IMG/VR virus record: IMGVR_UViG_3300027644_000672 | Coordinates: 1 to 28,192 of that record | Reading direction: 5' to 3' (one strand) | From: a virus | Taxonomy: Duplodnaviria; Caudoviricetes | Length of the DNA stretch: 28,192 nucleotides | In this document: positions 24,146 to 28,192 of the stretch, one piece after another | Layout: the number at the start of each line of letters is the position of its first letter | Position numbering within the stretch: position 1 is the first letter of the stretch | The notes under the pieces: model-generated | What the model saw: the letters and a program-made list of their open reading frames with translations, nothing else | What the model was told of the DNA's origin: nothing | The model's database searches: none | Made by a program: the position numbers and the translations under genes

Positions 24146-24691
24146 TTAACCTTCGTAGGTGGCACTGTTGCCTGCGTGTTCAAACACTTCTGCACTCTTG
24201 ACTCGTACTGTTGGATTGATTGGGTAACGCATATCACCACTGGCCAGCAGTTCTGCCATTTTGTCATAGCACATTTTGGCAAACATTTCACAGCCCACTC
24301 CGGGCACAATACGCAAGTCGCAAAGTGATCCTCTTTGATACGGCTCAAAATTATCTCTATTAACTTGCATTTCATCTGGACCGGTTTCGGGCAAAGTCCA
24401 GTTGGTGTCAATCAATGCCATTTGTTTGAAAAATTCTAGCTGGGGATCGTCTTCGGCAATAACCAAAGTGTGATCAAACATGTGATCGGCCCAGGCTTTG
24501 AATTCTTTGAGGCCGCCAAAGTCCATACACCAGTTTTTCTCATCCAGTGTGTCACATTCAAATACCAATTTGATACCAAGACTGTAGCCGTGCAGTGTTG
24601 AGCAGTGGCTGTGTTTGGCACGCCACTGTCTAAAACAGCAACTCAGCCCTCTGTCTGTACCGTAGGTTTTTGTTGAATAATATTTTGCCAT
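24146..24691 (-). CDS. queD: 6-carboxytetrahydropterin synthase / PTPS family
   Basis: HCSTLHGYS, MDFGGLK, FDHT, GCE motifs. Confidence 0.8.
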   Translation of the reverse strand: MAKYYSTKTYGTDRGLSCCFRQWRAKHSHCSTLHGYSLGIKLVFECDTLDEKNWCMDFGGLKEFKAWADHMFDHTLVIAEDDPQLEFFKQMALIDTNWTLPETGPDEMQVNRDNFEPYQRGSLCDLRIVPGVGCEMFAKMCYDKMAELLASGDMRYPINPTVRVKSAEVFEHAGNSATYEG

Positions 24692-24699
24692 TGATTTCT

Positions 24700-24763
24700 C
24701 CTATGTTGATTATAGCATAGGCAGCGGAGTTTGTATAGCGGGTCGATGCTCTAAAGTCCGCTG
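24700..24763 (-). promoter_or_regulatory. preQ1-I-like riboswitch candidate with SD-sequestering hairpin
   Basis: P1 AGCGG/CCGCU, loop GAG pairs with CUC after the AUACAAA tail; CCUAUG/CAUAGG hairpin overlaps SD AGGAG; directly upstream of queD. Confidence 0.55.
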
Positions 24764-24782
24764 AAGAAGAATATTTATTCTG

Positions 24783-25202
24783 TCAAACATCAGGATGTTT
24801 ATAACTGCCAGTACGATAATTGCCCTGGCCAGGAATGGTGTTTCTAACGCCACCAATAGGATCTTCTACGTCGCCTGCTCTGCGTGGAATCAAATGCACA
24901 TGTGGCCATGGCACTGTTTGTCCGGCAGCTGATCCGTAATTCATGCCAATGTTAAACCCGTCCCATTCGCCAGATTCAACCTGCGCTTGGCCGTGCTGAA
25001 CAGCATCGCGCATGGCATCCATCAGCACACTCACTGTGTTGAATTTTGGAACAAACAACATGTGCCCAGGCGTCACTGGATAGATATCGTTAAACACTAC
25101 AACATGGAAATCTTCACGTACCCGTTCGGTCCACGGTGCAAGTTGTTTATTAATTTCCGGAGGCAACCCAGGAAATATCTCTTGTGTGTACGGCAAATTC
25201 AT
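24783..25202 (-). CDS. HIT family nucleotide hydrolase
   Basis: PVTPGH, GFNIGMN, AGQTVPWPHVHLIPR. Confidence 0.88.
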   Translation of the reverse strand: MNLPYTQEIFPGLPPEINKQLAPWTERVREDFHVVVFNDIYPVTPGHMLFVPKFNTVSVLMDAMRDAVQHGQAQVESGEWDGFNIGMNYGSAAGQTVPWPHVHLIPRRAGDVEDPIGGVRNTIPGQGNYRTGSYKHPDV

Positions 25203-25242
25203 ATTGGTTCCTTTTATATGACAGTAATATACAATAACATTT

Positions 25243-25575
25243 TTACACTGTGCCGCGATCTAGGTGTTGTAATTTGTCCGGCACATTGGTCCATCGTTCA
25301 TGATCTGGCAAGGGATCCTTGCGTCGAGTAATAGCGGGCCAATGGCCGGCAAGGTCAGCATTGATCTTTATAAATGCCTGTTGATTTTCCGGCACATCCT
25401 CTTCAGCATAGATTGCATTAACAGGACATTCTGGAACACATACTGCACAGTCAATGCACTCGTCTGGGTTGATGGCTAAAAAGTTTGGTCCTTCAACAAA
25501 ACAATCTACCGGGCACACTTCTACACAGTCAGTGTGTTTGCATAAAATGCAGTCATCGGTTACGACATAGGTCAT
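25243..25575 (-). CDS. fdxA: 7Fe ferredoxin (FdxA family)
   Basis: [17 protein letters not shown] and [12 protein letters not shown]. Confidence 0.93.
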   Translation of the reverse strand: MTYVVTDDCILCKHTDCVEVCPVDCFVEGPNFLAINPDECIDCAVCVPECPVNAIYAEEDVPENQQAFIKINADLAGHWPAITRRKDPLPDHERWTNVPDKLQHLDRGTV

Positions 25576-26402
25576 CTTGGAGCAAAGTCCTGTTGTAGTT
25601 TGATATTGTCAAAGAATTCTTTTTTTGTGCTTTGGTCATCTTTAAACGCACCTTTAAGCACTGTAGTCTGTGTCAGACTACTGTGTGCCATAATGCCACG
25701 ATTCTCACAGCACCCATGCACAGCTTGTACGTACACACCTACATCGGTAGCGTCAGTGGCCTTCATTATTTCCCGAGCAATGTCAATAGCCAGTTCCTCC
25801 TGGAGAGTGCCTCGTCTTGCACACCACTGTGCAATTCTGGTGTACTTGGACAGTCCAATAAGTTTCTGTGCGGCAATAAGGCCAATATAAGCAACGCCAC
25901 TAACGGGTTGATGATGATGGCTACACATACTACGAAGCTCACTGCGAACAACCAGCATGCCTTCGTAACGATCCGCCGAGTCATTTGGAAATGCTGTTGC
26001 GTCTGGTTCTGGTTCATATCTACCTGCCATTATTTCATTAAAGTACATTTTAGCAAGTCGTCTTGCTGTACCCTTACTGTTTGGATCAGTTTCTCTATCA
26101 ATCAGCAAACGATCCAGCACAGTTTCAAATGCTGGCGTGGCTTCATCAATCAGTCGTTCAATGTCGCCTTCGTGCAGGTAGTCGCTGATGTTGTCGCCGG
26201 CCCAGAAACGTTTGTTATCACGCCGCATTTTAAAGCGAAGATGATCGCCTAGGTATGCTTCTTGGTAGCCGCCGTCGCCGGCCATGGCGTCTAGGCCTGT
26301 TTCTTTTTTAACATACACTTCCTTGCCCAGTGGTGTGTATTGATCTGGCATAAATTCCATCTTGGAATTAGCAAGGCTATCTGGTATAAATTCTGTTGTC
26401 AA
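25572..26402 (-). CDS. folE: GTP cyclohydrolase I
   Basis: [25 protein letters not shown]; TTG start at 26402 with SD GGAG, downstream of the promoter. Confidence 0.92.
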   Translation of the reverse strand: MTTEFIPDSLANSKMEFMPDQYTPLGKEVYVKKETGLDAMAGDGGYQEAYLGDHLRFKMRRDNKRFWAGDNISDYLHEGDIERLIDEATPAFETVLDRLLIDRETDPNSKGTARRLAKMYFNEIMAGRYEPEPDATAFPNDSADRYEGMLVVRSELRSMCSHHHQPVSGVAYIGLIAAQKLIGLSKYTRIAQWCARRGTLQEELAIDIAREIMKATDATDVGVYVQAVHGCCENRGIMAHSSLTQTTVLKGAFKDDQSTKKEFFDNIKLQQDFAPR

Positions 26403-26444
26403 TTTGTATTTCTCCGAGTTAGTGACGTGGATGTCGTGTGTTAT

Positions 26445-26473
26445 ATTATATAGGATATTTAGGACCTTGTCAA
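26445..26473 (-). promoter_or_regulatory. Consensus sigma70 promoter with nested TAAATA
   Basis: TTGACA-17 nt-TATAAT; TAAATA at 26456-26461. Confidence 0.85.
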
Positions 26474-27060
26474 GGCACAATAGTTATTTTTCTGCAATCT
26501 GGGTAATCAACATGTACAGGAGTAGGTCGATTGTTTCGAACTCCTTCCAACAGAACCAAGCCCTGCTCGGCTTCTTCAATAGTGGGCTTGTAGTGATAGC
26601 CCACCTTGAATACCTGTTGCGACTGCCAAGGCAAAACTGTAAGATCTCTACCGTCATAGCGTTGAGACAGTATGGTGTCATAGGCAACCACATCGTCTAA
26701 CAAGATGGCACCACCGCGCCCAATATGCAAGGGTTTGCCGTGGCCAAAGCTCAAGCACTGCATAGTACCTTCACGATACATGTCTTTTTCTAGCCTGCGA
26801 GCCGAGTCCCAGATGCGGGTGTCATGGAACTGATATTCTCCAATCCACGGTTCGTTTTCCAAACTGTACTTGATGCCCAGTTTGTGCATGGTCATAGGAA
26901 TGCTCAGATAGGTAAACGCTGTAAAGCTACAGGATCGAATTTGGTCGTAGCGTAGACACAGCTCGATGGCATGGGTGCAACAATCAGTCATCACGGCGTA
27001 AGGTGCGCCGGTAAACTTAGCCAAATCTCGTTCAAATTTTAGTATGCTATCAAAACTCAT
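26470..27060 (-). CDS. Short DegT/DnrJ/EryC1/StrS aminotransferase-like protein
   Basis: FERDLAKFTGA, CCTHAIEL, WDSA, SFGHGKPL, GGAIL; start at 27060 (ATGA overlap). Confidence 0.82.
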   Translation of the reverse strand: MSFDSILKFERDLAKFTGAPYAVMTDCCTHAIELCLRYDQIRSCSFTAFTYLSIPMTMHKLGIKYSLENEPWIGEYQFHDTRIWDSARRLEKDMYREGTMQCLSFGHGKPLHIGRGGAILLDDVVAYDTILSQRYDGRDLTVLPWQSQQVFKVGYHYKPTIEEAEQGLVLLEGVRNNRPTPVHVDYPDCRKITIVP

Positions 27061-28004
27061 TTGGTGTACCATTTCCATGCGTGTGAGATCATATCGTCCA
27101 AAGTATATTGTTGCCAGGCACCGGCCACTGCGGTAAATTTGTCTGCACTGGCAGTGAGTATAGGAGGATCACCTGCACGTTGGTCACCTGTTGCAATAGT
27201 TACGGTCTGTCCGGTGATGCGTTCTGCGGCTGCAATGATTTCTCTATTGCTGGTGCCTGTGTTGGATCCGAGATTGTAAACGCCTGCAGGAATTGCTTGA
27301 TCCAATGCCATGACATGAGCACGAGCAATGTCGTTCACGTGTACATAGTCTCGAACACAGGTTCCATCCGGAGTGGGATAGTTGTTGCCATACAATGTAA
27401 ATGTTTGGCTGTCTCTAATGCTTTCCAGCACACGGGCAATGATGTGTGTGGCATTGGGTTCTTGACCGTGTCTAGCTTGCGGATCTGCACCGCAGGCATT
27501 GAAATAACGGAAACTCACATAGTCAAGTCCGTATGCTCGATGATACGATTCCAACATCATGTCGATCATCAGTTTACTTTCGCCATACGGGCTAACCGGT
27601 TCAGTAGGATCAACTTCTTGACACGGTGTCATTATGGGTTCACCGTATGTGGCTGCACTGGAACTAAAGATGAATCTAGTCTTGGGCATAGCTTGTGTTA
27701 TGAAAGTGATCAACTGTAGTGTTTTGGCTACGTTATTGAAGTAGTAGGTGCTGGGGTGCTTGATACTGGGGCCAACCAAGCTGGTGCCGGCACAATGTAC
27801 AATGGCTTCGGGCCGCACATCCAGTAGTTTTTTATACGCAGTATCGCTGTCAAAGTCTGCCAAGACAAAACCGTCGAGCAGGCCTTTTTGATGCGGCTGC
27901 AACGGCCTAAAGTCAATGCCTGTGACAACATGCCCTGCGTCTTTCAACTGCAGGGCAACCTGTCCGCCAATGTATCCGGCTGCTCCGGTGACTATTACAT
28001 TCAT
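27057..28004 (-). CDS. galE: UDP-glucose 4-epimerase
   Basis: TGAAGYIG, SSSAATYG, YGESK, RYFNACGA, TPDGTCVRDYVHV; start at 28004. Confidence 0.92.
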   Translation of the reverse strand: MNVIVTGAAGYIGGQVALQLKDAGHVVTGIDFRPLQPHQKGLLDGFVLADFDSDTAYKKLLDVRPEAIVHCAGTSLVGPSIKHPSTYYFNNVAKTLQLITFITQAMPKTRFIFSSSAATYGEPIMTPCQEVDPTEPVSPYGESKLMIDMMLESYHRAYGLDYVSFRYFNACGADPQARHGQEPNATHIIARVLESIRDSQTFTLYGNNYPTPDGTCVRDYVHVNDIARAHVMALDQAIPAGVYNLGSNTGTSNREIIAAAERITGQTVTIATGDQRAGDPPILTASADKFTAVAGAWQQYTLDDMISHAWKWYTK

Positions 28005-28192
28005 TCTTGTTTCCTTTGTGGATAATAGTAGTGGCATTCATGACGATACGGATACCAATCTCCTGCCATGCCACCCAAGTGCTGTAACGCACAACGAGCC
28101 CGATCTTCTACGTCGTTCATTTTGGCAATCCAAGGAGCGGTTGTTTGAGCACAAATATACTGCTTGAGATAGCAGAAACTTTGTTCCCGAGG
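28001..28192 (-). CDS. C-terminal part of an unknown protein (starts outside the window)
   Basis: Open frame PREQSFCYLKQY...YYPQRKQE* ending in an ATGA overlap with galE. Confidence 0.65.
   Translation of the reverse strand, partial: PREQSFCYLKQYICAQTTAPWIAKMNDVEDRARCALQHLGGMAGDWYPYRHECHYYYPQRKQE

Noticed and set aside
25572-28037. ORF-track starts for folE (26480), DegT-like (27078) and galE (28037), plus the methyltransferase (23407, outside this span)
   Set aside because: Downstream starts with an SD or ATGA coupling fit better, and the folE extension would overlap its own promoter.
291-28167. All plus-strand ORFs in the ORF track
   Set aside because: They are antisense shadows of motif-bearing minus-strand genes or tRNAs, with no recognisable motifs.
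1-28192. Bacterial chromosome or integrated prophage origin
   Set aside because: Single-strand dense gene packing, T4-like RNase H, late-type motifs, divergent tRNAs and many phage-type hypothetical proteins; no integrase or host synteny is visible.

Overview
Segment of a large lytic dsDNA phage genome. All credible genes are on the minus strand. Sigma70-type promoters and T4-late-like TAAATA motifs are present, and the Bug receptor and porin point to a Betaproteobacterial (Burkholderiales) host. In transcription order (right to left) there are four blocks. (1) A nucleotide-sugar cluster interleaved with folE, queD and queE, with a preQ1-I-like riboswitch candidate before queD. (2) Replication and housekeeping genes: a 5'-3' exonuclease/RNase H, a MazG-like protein and YccA. 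(3) A ~7.7 kb array of 29 CCA-ending tRNAs covering all 20 amino acids, several atypical (Ser-ACT, Ile-TAT with a long variable region, an 8/4 Ser-TGA, swapped T-loops), interspersed with structured non-tRNA RNAs, a family of ~20-bp stems and an rrn-like tandem promoter/boxA. (4) Envelope and transport accessory genes. The most striking candidate system is a ribosome-coupled attenuator heading the tRNA array, whose 48-codon leader peptide contains all 20 amino acids. A small basic ORF whose stop codon lies inside tRNA-Lys (arfA-like non-stop logic) may belong to the same translation-stress response. All structures were read by eye; no searches were run.
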